A stretch of DNA of 64,000 bases from Dysosmobacter sp. (GCF_034093755.1 NZ_JAXEBZ010000063.1:2261-66260); one strand, 5' to 3'; positions 39,989 to 49,973 are shown, counted from the stretch's first letter. Made by a program: numbers and translations. Notes: generated by a model from the letters alone, not told the origin.

Positions 39989-41310
39989 CGGCCACCGCGC
40001 GGAGCACCGCGCTGCAGGTCCTGTGCGCCATGAACCGGGCGGACGCCTGGGCGGACGCAGCCCTGAAGGCCCAGATCACCCGGGACCGCCTGTCACCCCA
40101 GGATGCTGCGCTGTGTACCCGGTTGGTGTACGGCGTGCTGCAGAATCGGATGCTGCTGGACTTCTGGCTCTCAGCCTACTGCACCCAGAAGCCGGACCAT
40201 CTCCAGTTCCCGCTGCTGGACATCCTGCGGCTGGGGGCTTACCAGATCGTTTTTCTGGACAAAATCCCTGACAGCGCCGCTGTGAACGAGTCGGTGAATC
40301 TGGCCCGGCAGGCGGGGCGCGGACAGGCCTCCGGCCTGGTGAACGCCGTTCTGCGAAAAATTGTCCGGAATAAGAATGATTTACCAAAGCCTGACAGCAG
40401 AGATGCTGTACAGTATATCTCCCTTACGTATAGCCACCCCAAATGGCTGGTCAGGCGCCTGGTGAAGCTGCTGGGTGCGGAGGGAGCGGAGGCCTTCTGC
40501 AAAGCCAATAACGATGTGGCTCCCGTGACGGTTCAGGTCAATCCCCTGAAAACCACGCAGCCGGCGCTGCTGGAGGAACTGCGGGAGGCAGGCGTCGCCG
40601 CTGATTCCCATCCCTGGGTTCCCGGCTGTCTGGAGCTGACCGGCACGGGGAACCTGACGGCGCTGCCGGCGTTCCGGGAGGGAAAATTCCTGGTTCAGGA
40701 CGGCGCTGCCCGTCTGGTGACACAAGCCGCTGCCCCCCAGCCGGGCTGGCAGGTGATTGACGTCTGCTCCGCCCCCGGCGGAAAGGCGTTCAGCGCCGCC
40801 ATGGCCATGGGGGACCGGGGCAATATTCTGTCCTGCGATCTCCATGAAAACAAGCTGAAGCGGGTCCGGGAAGGAGCGGAGCGGCTGGGACTGCGCAGCA
40901 TTCAGACTGTGGCTGCCGACGGGCGGACGTTCCGCCCGGAATGGGAGCGTGCCGCCGATCTGGTGCTGGTGGACGCCCCCTGTTCCGGTCTGGGCATTAT
41001 CCGGAAAAAGCCGGAGATCCGCTACAAGCGGCCCGATAATTTCTTTGGCCTACCGGTGGTGCAGGCTGCCATTCTGGACAATGCCGCCCGCTATGTAAAG
41101 CCCGGCGGCACGCTGCTCTACTCCACGTGCACCATTCTGCCGGAGGAGAATGAGCAGATTACCGACGCGTTTTTGGCGGAACACCCGGACTTTTCCCGGG
41201 AAAACTTTGCACTGCCCCAGCCGGTGGGGGAGACGGACGGCCAGTTTACCTTCTGGCCCCACCTCCACGGCGTGGACGGCTTTTACATTTGCCGCATGAA
41301 ACGGAACTGA
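39985..41310 (+). CDS. rsmB: 16S rRNA m5C967 methyltransferase
   Basis: NusB-like N-domain; DVCSAPGGK, DAPCSGLG, YSTCT. Confidence 0.94.
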   Translation: MTATARSTALQVLCAMNRADAWADAALKAQITRDRLSPQDAALCTRLVYGVLQNRMLLDFWLSAYCTQKPDHLQFPLLDILRLGAYQIVFLDKIPDSAAVNESVNLARQAGRGQASGLVNAVLRKIVRNKNDLPKPDSRDAVQYISLTYSHPKWLVRRLVKLLGAEGAEAFCKANNDVAPVTVQVNPLKTTQPALLEELREAGVAADSHPWVPGCLELTGTGNLTALPAFREGKFLVQDGAARLVTQAAAPQPGWQVIDVCSAPGGKAFSAAMAMGDRGNILSCDLHENKLKRVREGAERLGLRSIQTVAADGRTFRPEWERAADLVLVDAPCSGLGIIRKKPEIRYKRPDNFFGLPVVQAAILDNAARYVKPGGTLLYSTCTILPEENEQITDAFLAEHPDFSRENFALPQPVGETDGQFTFWPHLHGVDGFYICRMKRN

Positions 41311-41319
41311 GGAACAGCC

Positions 41320-42363
41320 ATGACTGATTTGAAATCCATGACGCAGGAGGAGATGACCGCCTCCCTGAAAGCGCTGGGAGAGCCGGCCTTCCGGGGCAAG
41401 CAGATCTTCACCTGGCTCCACCGGGGCGCCACCTCCTTCGATGAAATGAGCAACCTGTCCAAGGCCCTGCGGGAAAAGCTGAAAGGGGAGTATCTCCTGA
41501 CACCGCCCAGAGTGGCCCGGAAACAGGTCTCCCGGCTGGACGGCACCATCAAGTACCTCTGGGAGCTGAGCGACGGAAACTGCATCGAATCCGTTCTGAT
41601 GCAGTACCATCACGGCAACACCGTGTGCATTTCCTCCCAGGTGGGCTGCCGCATGGGCTGCGCCTTCTGCGCCTCCACCGTTGCCGGAAAGGTGCGGGAC
41701 CTGACTCCGGCGGAGATGCTGGACCAGGTGATTTTTACCCAGAAGGACTCCGGCCTGCCCATTTCCAATATCGTGCTGATGGGAATCGGTGAGCCCATGG
41801 ATAACCTGAACACCGTGCTGCGGTTTCTGGAGCTGGTGAATCATACTGACGGGCTGAACATCGGAATGCGGCACATCTCCCTGTCCACCTGCGGCGTGAT
41901 TCCCGGCATCGACCGCCTGGCGGACCTGGGGCTGCAGCTGACCCTCTCCGTGTCTCTCCATGCGCCGGACAGTGAGACCCGCTCCCGGATCATGCCGGTG
42001 AACCGGGCCTATGACGTGGAAAAGCTATTTGACGCCTGCCACCGGTATTTTCAGAAAACGGGACGGCGCATCTCTTTTGAATACGCCATGATTGACGGCG
42101 TCAACGATCAGGACTGGCAGGCGGACCTGCTGGCGAAAAAGATCAGGGGCATGCCGGGTCACGTGAATCTCATTCCGCTGAATGACGTGGTGGAAAGCCC
42201 CTTCAAGCCCTCAAAACGGGTGGCCGCGTTCCAGAAGCGTCTGGAATCCCACGGCATTACCGCCACGGTGCGCCGGAGCCTTGGAGGCGACATTGACGCC
42301 TCCTGCGGCCAGCTGCGGCGGAAGGCCATGGAAGAACAGAAGAAAGGGGTGGATGCTCCGTGA
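41320..42363 (+). CDS. rlmN: 23S rRNA m2A2503 methyltransferase
   Basis: CISSQVGCRMGCAFC, MGIGEP, DIDASCGQL. Confidence 0.95.
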   Translation: MTDLKSMTQEEMTASLKALGEPAFRGKQIFTWLHRGATSFDEMSNLSKALREKLKGEYLLTPPRVARKQVSRLDGTIKYLWELSDGNCIESVLMQYHHGNTVCISSQVGCRMGCAFCASTVAGKVRDLTPAEMLDQVIFTQKDSGLPISNIVLMGIGEPMDNLNTVLRFLELVNHTDGLNIGMRHISLSTCGVIPGIDRLADLGLQLTLSVSLHAPDSETRSRIMPVNRAYDVEKLFDACHRYFQKTGRRISFEYAMIDGVNDQDWQADLLAKKIRGMPGHVNLIPLNDVVESPFKPSKRVAAFQKRLESHGITATVRRSLGGDIDASCGQLRRKAMEEQKKGVDAP

Positions 42364-43097
42364 AAGTCTGGGAAATGACGGATATCGGTCTTGCGCGCAA
42401 GGATAATCAGGACGCTTACGGCGTGGAACTGCGGACGGAGACCGGACATACCATCTGTGTTGTCTGCGACGGTATGGGCGGCGCTGCCGCCGGCCAGTTG
42501 GCCAGCCAGCTGGCAGTCAGCACCTTCCTGCAGGAGCTGAAAAAGGTCCTGACGGCGGAGATGACGCCGGAGCAGCTGCGGGAGGCGTCTTCCTACGCCG
42601 TTTCGCTGGCCAACAGATCCGTTTATGAAAAATCGGAGAGCGCTCCGGAGCTGCGGGGCATGGGAACTACGCTGGTGTCCGCTGTCACCTGCGGCGGCAG
42701 CGTGGTCATCAGCAACGTGGGCGACAGCCGGGCGTACAGGGTAACCCCTGACGGAATCACCCGGATTACGAAGGATCACTCTCTGGTGGAGAGCATGGTG
42801 GACCGGGGCGACATCACCGCCGAAGAGGCCCGCCGCCACCCCAACCGCAATCTCATCACCCGGGCGCTGGGGCCGGATCCGGTGGCCGACTGTGACGGCT
42901 ATATCACCCCGCTGAATCCCGGGGAGTACATTCTGCTCTGCACCGATGGTCTGATCGACACGGTGACGGATCAGGAAATGCTGTTTGAAATTATCCACGG
43001 CGACGGGCAGGACACCTGCCTCCAGCGTCTGCTGGAAATCGCCAAGGCCCACGGCGCGCCGGACAATGTGACGGCTGTGTTGATGCAGCAGGAATGA
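42360..43097 (+). CDS. stp: PP2C-type Ser/Thr phosphatase (Stp1/PrpC)
   Basis: R..NQD, VCDGMGG, GMGTT, NVGDSRAY, LCTDGL, DNVT. Confidence 0.92.
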   Translation: MKVWEMTDIGLARKDNQDAYGVELRTETGHTICVVCDGMGGAAAGQLASQLAVSTFLQELKKVLTAEMTPEQLREASSYAVSLANRSVYEKSESAPELRGMGTTLVSAVTCGGSVVISNVGDSRAYRVTPDGITRITKDHSLVESMVDRGDITAEEARRHPNRNLITRALGPDPVADCDGYITPLNPGEYILLCTDGLIDTVTDQEMLFEIIHGDGQDTCLQRLLEIAKAHGAPDNVTAVLMQQE

Positions 43098-43111
43098 AAG
43101 GAGGGAATGGA

Positions 43112-45088
43112 ATGGATCCTTACATCGGAAAAATGCTGGATAACCGCTACGAGATTCTGGAACGGATCGGCACCGGCGGCATGGCCGTGGTATATAAGGC
43201 CAAATGCCATTACCTCAACCGTCTGGTGGCTGTGAAGGTGCTGAAAAGCGACCTGGCCCAGGACAAGGAGTTCCGCCGCCGGTTCAATACCGAGTCCCAG
43301 GCAGTGGCGCAGCTGTCTCATCCCAATATTGTTTCCATCTATGATGTGTCCAAGGGCGGCGATATGGAGTATATCGTCATGGAGCTGATGGACGGCATCA
43401 CGCTGAAGCAGTATATGGAGAAGCGCGGCCAGCTCAGCTGGCGGGAATCCCTCCACTTCATCACCCAGATTATGCGGGCGCTGTCCCATGCCCACAGCCG
43501 GGGCATTGTCCACCGGGACATCAAGCCCCAGAATATTATGGTCCTGCGGGACGGCAGCGTGAAGGTGACGGATTTCGGCATCGCTTGCCTGGAAAACGCC
43601 GCCCAGACCCTGACCCAGGAAGCCTTGGGCTCTGTCCACTATATTTCTCCGGAGCAGGCCCGGGGTGACCGGATCGATGCCCGCTCCGATATTTACTCCG
43701 CCGGCGTGGTGCTGTATGAGATGCTGGCGGGCCGTCTGCCCTTTGAGGGGGACTCCGCCGTCTCCGTGGCCATCCAGCACCTGTCCTCCATTCCGCTGCC
43801 GCCTCGGGAGATCAACCCGGATATTCCCGAGCAGCTGGAGCTGATCTGCATGAAGGCCATGGCGTCGGACATTGACCGGCGGTATGCCTCTGCCGATGAT
43901 ATGATCGCCGATCTGGAGGCCTTCCGCAAGAATCCCGGCGTGGACCTGGATTTCAACATGTCCGATGTCCGGCCGGTGGAAACGGATGAGCCGACCCGTC
44001 CCCTGAAAACGGCGGAGGTGGCTGCCGCTGCGGCTGCCGGCGGTGCCCGGCACGGAAGCCGTCCGGAGCCGCCCCGTCAGCGGGAGGACTATGGGGAGGA
44101 GCCGGAAGACCGCCGGCCCCCCAGCCGGAGAGCCCCGGTGGGACTGATTGCCGGTGTGTGCGTTCTGGCGGCGGTTGCCCTGGTGGTGGTATTGTTCCGG
44201 GGCATTTTCAGCTCCTTCGGCACCCAGAATCAGGCCTATACCGTTCCCAGAGTGCTGGGCTATACGGTGGAGCAGGCCCAGGAGCTGGCGGATGTCAAGG
44301 GGGTTTTTGAGGTGGTGGAAGTGGCCACGGCCCCCAGTGACGAGTACCGGCAGGGCCAGATTATGAAGCAGGACCCGGAGGCCGGCACCCAGATCAAGAG
44401 CGGCCTGGTGATCAAGGTCACCGTCAGTTCCGGCGAGGACAGTGACGTGATGATCGACGTGACCAATGAAACCTATCAGAACGCCACAAAGGTGCTGCTG
44501 AAGGACCTGATCCAGCGCTATGATCTGAAGATTGAGAAGATTGAGGAATCCTCCGATCAGGTGAATCAGAACTGCGTCATCCGGACGGACCCGGAGGTGG
44601 GCGCGCCGCTGAAAAAGGGCGATACCGTGAAGCTTTGGGTCAGCACCGGCCCCGGCGAGACTCCGGTTCCGCGGTTTGTGGGGCAGGACATCAGCACGGT
44701 GCTGCCTCAGCTGGAGAGCACCTGGAAGCTGACCTTCGGCGGGAAAACGGAGCAGGAGAGTGACCAGGCGGCCGGCATCATTCTGGAGCAGAGCATCCCG
44801 GACAACACCATGGTGGAGGTCAACACTCCCATTGCCTTTGTGGTCAGTTCCGGCCCTGCCCAGCAGCCGGAGGAAAAGACCGGTGAAGTTACCATCAGTC
44901 CGGAATTGCCCACAGACCGGGAGACCGTGGTTCTGCGGGTGGACCTGAACGGCGAGAAGATGTTTGAAAAAACGGTGGAGTGCAGCCAGGGCAACTATCC
45001 CGTGACCCTGTCCGGCACCGGTCTCGGCACTGTAACGTACTATTGGGACGGCGAGGTGCGCAACACCATTGAGGTGGACTTCTCATGA
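43112..45088 (+). CDS. pknB: PASTA-domain Ser/Thr kinase (PknB/PrkC)
   Basis: G.GGMAVVY, HRDIKPQN, DFG, GSVHYISPE, TM and three PASTA-like repeats. Confidence 0.94.
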   Translation: MDPYIGKMLDNRYEILERIGTGGMAVVYKAKCHYLNRLVAVKVLKSDLAQDKEFRRRFNTESQAVAQLSHPNIVSIYDVSKGGDMEYIVMELMDGITLKQYMEKRGQLSWRESLHFITQIMRALSHAHSRGIVHRDIKPQNIMVLRDGSVKVTDFGIACLENAAQTLTQEALGSVHYISPEQARGDRIDARSDIYSAGVVLYEMLAGRLPFEGDSAVSVAIQHLSSIPLPPREINPDIPEQLELICMKAMASDIDRRYASADDMIADLEAFRKNPGVDLDFNMSDVRPVETDEPTRPLKTAEVAAAAAAGGARHGSRPEPPRQREDYGEEPEDRRPPSRRAPVGLIAGVCVLAAVALVVVLFRGIFSSFGTQNQAYTVPRVLGYTVEQAQELADVKGVFEVVEVATAPSDEYRQGQIMKQDPEAGTQIKSGLVIKVTVSSGEDSDVMIDVTNETYQNATKVLLKDLIQRYDLKIEKIEESSDQVNQNCVIRTDPEVGAPLKKGDTVKLWVSTGPGETPVPRFVGQDISTVLPQLESTWKLTFGGKTEQESDQAAGIILEQSIPDNTMVEVNTPIAFVVSSGPAQQPEEKTGEVTISPELPTDRETVVLRVDLNGEKMFEKTVECSQGNYPVTLSGTGLGTVTYYWDGEVRNTIEVDFS

Positions 45089-45975
45089 CCGAGGGACGGA
45101 TCCAGAAAGCCCTCAGCGGCTTCTATTATGTGGCCGCCGGAGATCAGATGCTGACCTGCCGAGCCAGAGGCAAGTTCCGAAAGGAGGGCGTTTCCCCCCT
45201 TGTGGGCGACATGGTGGAGGTCCGGGAACTGGGGAACGGCGAAGGCTTCGTGGAGCGCATTCTGCCTCGCCGCAACGCTTTTGAGCGCCCTGCCGTGGCC
45301 AATATCGACCAGTTGGTGATCATCGCCTCCGGCGCCATCCCCAAAACGGAGCCATACCTCATTGACCGGGTGGCCTCCATTGCGGCGCTGAAGGACTGCG
45401 GCGTGGTGGTGCTGCTGAACAAATGCGACCTGGACCCGGCCGACCGCCTGTATGACATCTACACCGCCGCCGGGTTCCCGACGCTGCGGGTCAGCGCGGA
45501 GACCGGGGATGGACTGGAGGAGCTGAAGCCCCTGATTTCCGGCAAGCTATCTGCCTTTACAGGTAACTCCGGCGTAGGGAAATCCAGCATTCTGAACGCG
45601 CTGGACCCGGAGTTTGACCTGAAGGTGGGAGAGGTCAGTCAGGCCCTGGGCCGCGGCCGCCATACCACCCGCCACGTGGAGCTGTATCATCTTTCCTGCG
45701 GCGCGGATGTGGTAGATTCCCCCGGTTTTTCCTCCTTCGAGACGGAGGAACTGAACCTGGAACTGAAGCGCCGCCTGCCGGAGACCTTCCAAGAATTCCG
45801 GCCCTATCTGGACGACTGCCGCTTTGTGGGGTGCAGCCATACCAAGGAAAAGGGCTGTGCCGTGCTGGAGGCCCTGCGGGCGGGAAAGATCCCCAAAAGC
45901 CGCCACGAAAGCTACCTGCGGCTTTACGAGGAGCTGAAACCGCTGCAGGAGTGGCAGCAGAAGAACAAGCGATAA
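45085..45975 (+). CDS. rsgA: Ribosome small subunit-dependent GTPase A
   Basis: NKCDL, GNSGVGKSS, GRHTT, DSPG, C.F..C.H..E.GC. Confidence 0.96.
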   Translation: MTEGRIQKALSGFYYVAAGDQMLTCRARGKFRKEGVSPLVGDMVEVRELGNGEGFVERILPRRNAFERPAVANIDQLVIIASGAIPKTEPYLIDRVASIAALKDCGVVVLLNKCDLDPADRLYDIYTAAGFPTLRVSAETGDGLEELKPLISGKLSAFTGNSGVGKSSILNALDPEFDLKVGEVSQALGRGRHTTRHVELYHLSCGADVVDSPGFSSFETEELNLELKRRLPETFQEFRPYLDDCRFVGCSHTKEKGCAVLEALRAGKIPKSRHESYLRLYEELKPLQEWQQKNKR

Positions 45976-45978
45976 CGG

Positions 45979-46011
45979 ACAGCCGCCGGCAAAAGCCGGC
46001 GGCTGTTTCTT
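45979..46011 (+). terminator. Intrinsic terminator after rsgA
   Basis: acagccgccggc-aaaa-gccggcggctgt-ttctt. Confidence 0.75.
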
Positions 46012-46078
46012 CAGGCGGGGAGTGTCAGGCCAAGCAGGGGCCGTATATACTGAAACAGGAGAAAGGAGCGTGACGGAT

Positions 46079-46231
46079 ATGGGCGGGAGAGGCAGCTGCC
46101 GGATTCTTGGGATCTGCGCCGTGGCACTGGGCGCCGGGATCCTCATCGCGGCGATCTTTCCGGTGGGCGCCCTGCTGTTTCTGGTGGCCTTTCTTTTGAT
46201 CGCCTGCGGCTGTGCCTGCTGCAGATATTGA
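46079..46231 (+). CDS. Small (50 aa) two-helix membrane protein with Cys-rich C-terminus
   Basis: RBS aaggag; MGGRGSCRILGICAVALGAGILIAAIFPVGALLFLVAFLLIACGCACCRY. Confidence 0.6.
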   Translation: MGGRGSCRILGICAVALGAGILIAAIFPVGALLFLVAFLLIACGCACCRY

Positions 46232-46252
46232 TGCGGGAAAGGAGCATATGTT

Positions 46253-46327
46253 ATGCAGATCGTGGTCTGGAAGTCTCCCAAAACCTTTGGGCGCATTCTG
46301 CGCCGCTTGTTCAAAATCCGGGAGTGA
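46253..46327 (+). CDS. spoVM: Stage V sporulation protein SpoVM (24 aa, below the ORF-track cutoff)
   Basis: MQIVVWKSPKTFGRILRRLFKIRE*: Pro9 followed by an amphipathic helix; RBS aaggag; downstream of rsgA. Confidence 0.8.
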   Translation: MQIVVWKSPKTFGRILRRLFKIRE

Positions 46328-46348
46328 GCCCTACATATGCGGAGAGGG

Positions 46349-46394
46349 ACAGCCGGCAGGAGGGAAAGGACTCCTGCCGGCTGTGTGTTGTTTT
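46349..46394 (+). terminator. Intrinsic terminator after spoVM
   Basis: acagccggcaggag...ctcctgccggctgt followed by a T-rich tail. Confidence 0.7.
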
Positions 46395-46424
46395 CCTGTC
46401 CGGGGCAGAGAGGAAGGGAATGGG

Positions 46425-46453
46425 TTGACCTGGCTTCCCGCCGCATTTATAAT
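46425..46453 (+). promoter_or_regulatory. Sigma-A promoter of yaaA
   Basis: TTGACC-17-TATAAT. Confidence 0.7.
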
Positions 46454-46508
46454 GAGAACCGTGGTCTATTCAAATTCCTGCCGTTGACGGCGGTTTTCGG
46501 GAGTGCTT

Positions 46509-47255
46509 ATGAGAATTATCATTTCTCCGGCCAAAAAAATGAATCGGAACGTGGACAGCTTTGCCTGCCGGGCCCTGCCCCGTTTCCTGCCCCGGGCGGA
46601 GCAGCTGTGCCGGCAGCTGCAGGGGATGACCTATGAGGAGCTGAAGGCGCTCTGGAAGTGCAACGACCGGATCGCGCAGCAGAATGTTGAGCGGCTGCAG
46701 TCCATGGACCTGCACCGGGGCCTGACTCCGGCGATTCTGGCGTATGAGGGCATCCAGTATCAGTACATGGCCCCCGGCGTCTTTACCAGCGAGGAGCTGG
46801 AGTACGTGCAGGAGCACCTGCGGATCCTGTCCGGGTTTTACGGCATCCTGCGGCCTTTTGACGGCGTGGTTCCGTACCGGCTGGAGATGCAGGCAAAGCT
46901 TCCCAATGAGAATGGAAAAGACCTTTACAGCTATTGGGGTAAAAGCATTGCGGATGCATTGTTCTCGGAAACGGACTGTGTGCTCAACCTGGCCTCCCGG
47001 GAGTACAGCCAATGCGTGTCGGCGCATCTGAAGGACGGCGTCCGGTTCGTCACCTGCCGGTTTTGCCAGCGGACCGGCGACAGCCTGACGGAAAAGGTCA
47101 CCCTCTGCAAAATGGCCAGGGGAGAGATGGTGCGCTATCTGGCGGAGCGGCAGATTGAGTCGGTGGAGCAGGTCCGCACCTTTGACCGGCTGGGGTATCA
47201 CTATGAAGAGGACGAGTCCGACGAGACCGTCTGTACGTTTGTGGCTGAGGGGTGA
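46509..47255 (+). CDS. yaaA: Peroxide stress protein YaaA (DUF328)
   Basis: IIISPAKKM, Y.GIQY, ILSGFYGILRPFD...YRLEM, NLAS.EY, KMARG.M. Confidence 0.93.
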   Translation: MRIIISPAKKMNRNVDSFACRALPRFLPRAEQLCRQLQGMTYEELKALWKCNDRIAQQNVERLQSMDLHRGLTPAILAYEGIQYQYMAPGVFTSEELEYVQEHLRILSGFYGILRPFDGVVPYRLEMQAKLPNENGKDLYSYWGKSIADALFSETDCVLNLASREYSQCVSAHLKDGVRFVTCRFCQRTGDSLTEKVTLCKMARGEMVRYLAERQIESVEQVRTFDRLGYHYEEDESDETVCTFVAEG

Positions 47256-47258
47256 GGT

Positions 47259-48332
47259 ATGCTGGAGATGAAAAAGTCTGTATTTGAGATTCAGCACATC
47301 CCCGCCGCGCTGTACGGAGAGCCCTCCGACAGGGTATATCTGTTCATCCACGGAAAATGCGGATGCAAGGAGGAAGCGGCGGAGTTTGCCGGAATCGTTT
47401 GCCCCCGGGGCTGGCAGGTACTGGGCATCGATCTGCCGGAGCACGGCAGCCGAAAGGCTGAGACCGGCACCTTCGATCCGTGGCACGTGATCCCGGAGCT
47501 GCAGGCGGTACTGGCCTATGCCGGAGAGCGCTGGAAGCGCATTGCCCTGCGGGCCAACAGCATCGGCGCCTGGTTCAGTATGCAGGCGTTTCAGGGCCAG
47601 GAATTGGAGCAGTGTTTGTTCGTTTCGCCCGTGGTGGATATGGAGCAGCTGATCCGCCGTATGATGCAGTGGGCCGGGGTGACGGAAGCGGAGCTGGAGG
47701 TCCGGGGCCGCATTGAAACCGACTTCGGGGAAACCCTGTCCTGGCAGTATTTTCAATACGCAAAGGAGCATCCCGTTGAAACCTTGCCCATCCGGACGGC
47801 CGTGCTGTATGCAGGGCAGGACAATCTGACACCGCGTCAGGAGATCACGGCGTTTTCAGAGCGGTTTGACTGTGACCTGACGGTGATGGAGGACGGGGAG
47901 CACTGGTTCCACACGCCGGAGCAGCTGGAGGTTCTGCGGCGCTGGGAGGCAGAGCATACCGCACCGGAACTGCAGGCGGAGGAAATCCTGTTCTTTGCCG
48001 GGAAGCCGGAGGAGCTGGACCTCTACACGGCGTTCCGAAACCGGCTGCTGGCGGAGGTGGGCGATGTCCGGATCAAGGTGTCCAGAACCCAGATCACCTT
48101 TTCCGGGAAATACGGCTTCGCCTTTGTGTCCCATCCGAGGCGGAAAAAGGATACCGGGATTCTGGTGTCCTTCGGCCTGTCCCACCGGCAGGAATCGGAC
48201 CGGATCTGGCAGGCGTCGGAGCCGTATCCCGGCCGCTGGACCCACCATGTGATGCTGGGATGCCGGGCTGAGGCGGATGAAGAGCTGATGGGCTGGATCC
48301 GGGAAGCCTGGTGGTTTGCCAATACCAAGTAA
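47259..48332 (+). CDS. Alpha/beta hydrolase fused to a C-terminal DUF5655-like domain
   Basis: FIHG, DLPEHG, ANSIGA nucleophile elbow, GEHWFH; then KV..TQI.F, V.FGL, EPYPGRWTHH, DEELMGWI.EA. Confidence 0.75.
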   Translation: MLEMKKSVFEIQHIPAALYGEPSDRVYLFIHGKCGCKEEAAEFAGIVCPRGWQVLGIDLPEHGSRKAETGTFDPWHVIPELQAVLAYAGERWKRIALRANSIGAWFSMQAFQGQELEQCLFVSPVVDMEQLIRRMMQWAGVTEAELEVRGRIETDFGETLSWQYFQYAKEHPVETLPIRTAVLYAGQDNLTPRQEITAFSERFDCDLTVMEDGEHWFHTPEQLEVLRRWEAEHTAPELQAEEILFFAGKPEELDLYTAFRNRLLAEVGDVRIKVSRTQITFSGKYGFAFVSHPRRKKDTGILVSFGLSHRQESDRIWQASEPYPGRWTHHVMLGCRAEADEELMGWIREAWWFANTK

Positions 48333-48365
48333 AGCGCGGCCGGAGGACGCGCTGAAACAGCAGGA

Positions 48366-48392
48366 ATAACCATCCGGAGGCATTCATATGCT
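48366..48392 (+). promoter_or_regulatory. Sigma-E-type promoter of sipL
   Basis: ATA-16-CATATGCT, matching the sigma-E consensus ATA-N16-CATAnnnT. Confidence 0.55.
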
Positions 48393-48429
48393 TCAGTATG
48401 ATATGAACGGCCGGGAAAGGATGGTTTCG

Positions 48430-49968
48430 ATGGATTTGGAGTTGAAAAAAGACTGCTTTGACGCCTTTGACGCCGGGGCAGAGCAGATTCTGACACAGGA
48501 GGAAACGGCGGAGACAATCGTGCCGGACTACTGTCCGGACATTGCCCGGATCATCTCCGCGGAGGGAAAGGTGTTTCTCCACGACCGGGCGATCCGGGAC
48601 GGAAGGGCGGAGGTGGCCGGCACCGTTCGCGTCTGCGTTCTCTACACGCCGGACGGGGAGAGTGGGATTCGCTCTCTGGAATTCGCCATGCCCTTTTCCG
48701 CCGAGACCGATGGAAAAGCCATGGGAGAGTGCGTCTTTCTGACGGCGGAGGCCGAGCCGGAGACGCTGGAAACCCGGATGCTGAATCCCCGCAAGGTGTT
48801 TACCCACTGCAAGCTGGTGCTGCGGCTGGTGGGCTATCGGAAAATGCCGCTGTGCTTTTCCACGGATGTGGAGGGCGGGGAGGAGCTGTGCCTGGAGCGG
48901 CAGCAGGAGACACAGCACACCACGCTTCTGACCCGGATTGCGGAAAAAGATTTCACCTTTTCCGATGAAATCACCCTGTCGCCGGGAAAGGACGGTGCTG
49001 CCGAAGTGCTGTCCAGCCGGATTACCCCGGTGGTGACAGAGACGAAGCTGGTGGGCAGTAAGCTGATTCTGAAGGGGACGTTTCCTGTCAGTGTTCTGTA
49101 CCGCACCTCCGGCGGGCAGTGCGCCTCCGTCAGCGGTGAACTGCCCTTCTCCCAGATCATGGAGGTGGAGGGAGCGCCGGAAAACGCCGGCGTGTCCGTT
49201 TCCCTGCAGCTGACCGGCGTGGAAGTCCAGATCGGAGGCGCAGACCCGGAGGGACGGCAGATCGCAGTCAGCCTTTACGTCCACGCGGCGGCGCTTTTGC
49301 GGCAGGAGCAGACCATCACCCTCCTCAGCGATCTGTACAGCACCGCCTACAATGTCACCTATGAGGCGGAACCCCTTCAGCTGACAGACCGGTACGATAC
49401 CCCGGTCCGCCGGCAGATGGTGCGGGAGGTGCTGGAAATCGGTGTGGTGGCGGACTCCATTCTGTCCCTTTCCGCCACCTGCGGCAGCGTTTCCGTGGGC
49501 CGGGAGGGAGACGGAACCATGCTGCGGACCGCGGTACTGGTGCGGGCGCTGTATCTGGACGAGGGCGGTGTCCCGCTGGTAACGGAGCGCCGGCTGGATG
49601 TCTCCTGCCAGATGGATATTCCGGAGGACTGCCGGGTAGTTCCCCGGGCCATTTGCCCGGATGAGGTGCAGGGCAGTCTGGGCGATCACGGAATTGAGGT
49701 GCGGTTTCCTGTGGAGTTTCAGGCGCAGGTCACCACACGGAAAAAGCGGGTCTGCCTTTCTACGGCCCGGATTGACATGGATACCCCCAAGGACCTGTCC
49801 GCGGCGCCGTCTCTGGTGCTGCGGGGCCTGGGCCGGGACGAGACGCTCTGGATGCTGGCCAAGCGACACAATACCACCGTGGGGGATATTCTGTCCGCCA
49901 ACGGGCTGGAGAGCGAGGGGGACGTTCCCCGGGAAAAGCTGCTGCTGATCCCTAAAAAACGGGCATAA
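48430..49968 (+). CDS. sipL: SipL-like spore coat morphogenetic protein (DUF3794/SPOCS repeats plus LysM)
   Basis: IVPDYCPDI.RI, repeated G...V.VLY...PFS units; C-terminal LysM ETLW.LAKRHNTTV.DI..AN...LLIP. Confidence 0.8.
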   Translation: MDLELKKDCFDAFDAGAEQILTQEETAETIVPDYCPDIARIISAEGKVFLHDRAIRDGRAEVAGTVRVCVLYTPDGESGIRSLEFAMPFSAETDGKAMGECVFLTAEAEPETLETRMLNPRKVFTHCKLVLRLVGYRKMPLCFSTDVEGGEELCLERQQETQHTTLLTRIAEKDFTFSDEITLSPGKDGAAEVLSSRITPVVTETKLVGSKLILKGTFPVSVLYRTSGGQCASVSGELPFSQIMEVEGAPENAGVSVSLQLTGVEVQIGGADPEGRQIAVSLYVHAAALLRQEQTITLLSDLYSTAYNVTYEAEPLQLTDRYDTPVRRQMVREVLEIGVVADSILSLSATCGSVSVGREGDGTMLRTAVLVRALYLDEGGVPLVTERRLDVSCQMDIPEDCRVVPRAICPDEVQGSLGDHGIEVRFPVEFQAQVTTRKKRVCLSTARIDMDTPKDLSAAPSLVLRGLGRDETLWMLAKRHNTTVGDILSANGLESEGDVPREKLLLIPKKRA

Positions 49969-49973
49969 TGCGT

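Noticed and set aside
40340-40440. AT-rich patch in rsmB (and at 21170-21240) as internal promoters
   Set aside because: Only weak hexamer matches and no supporting internal SD or start.
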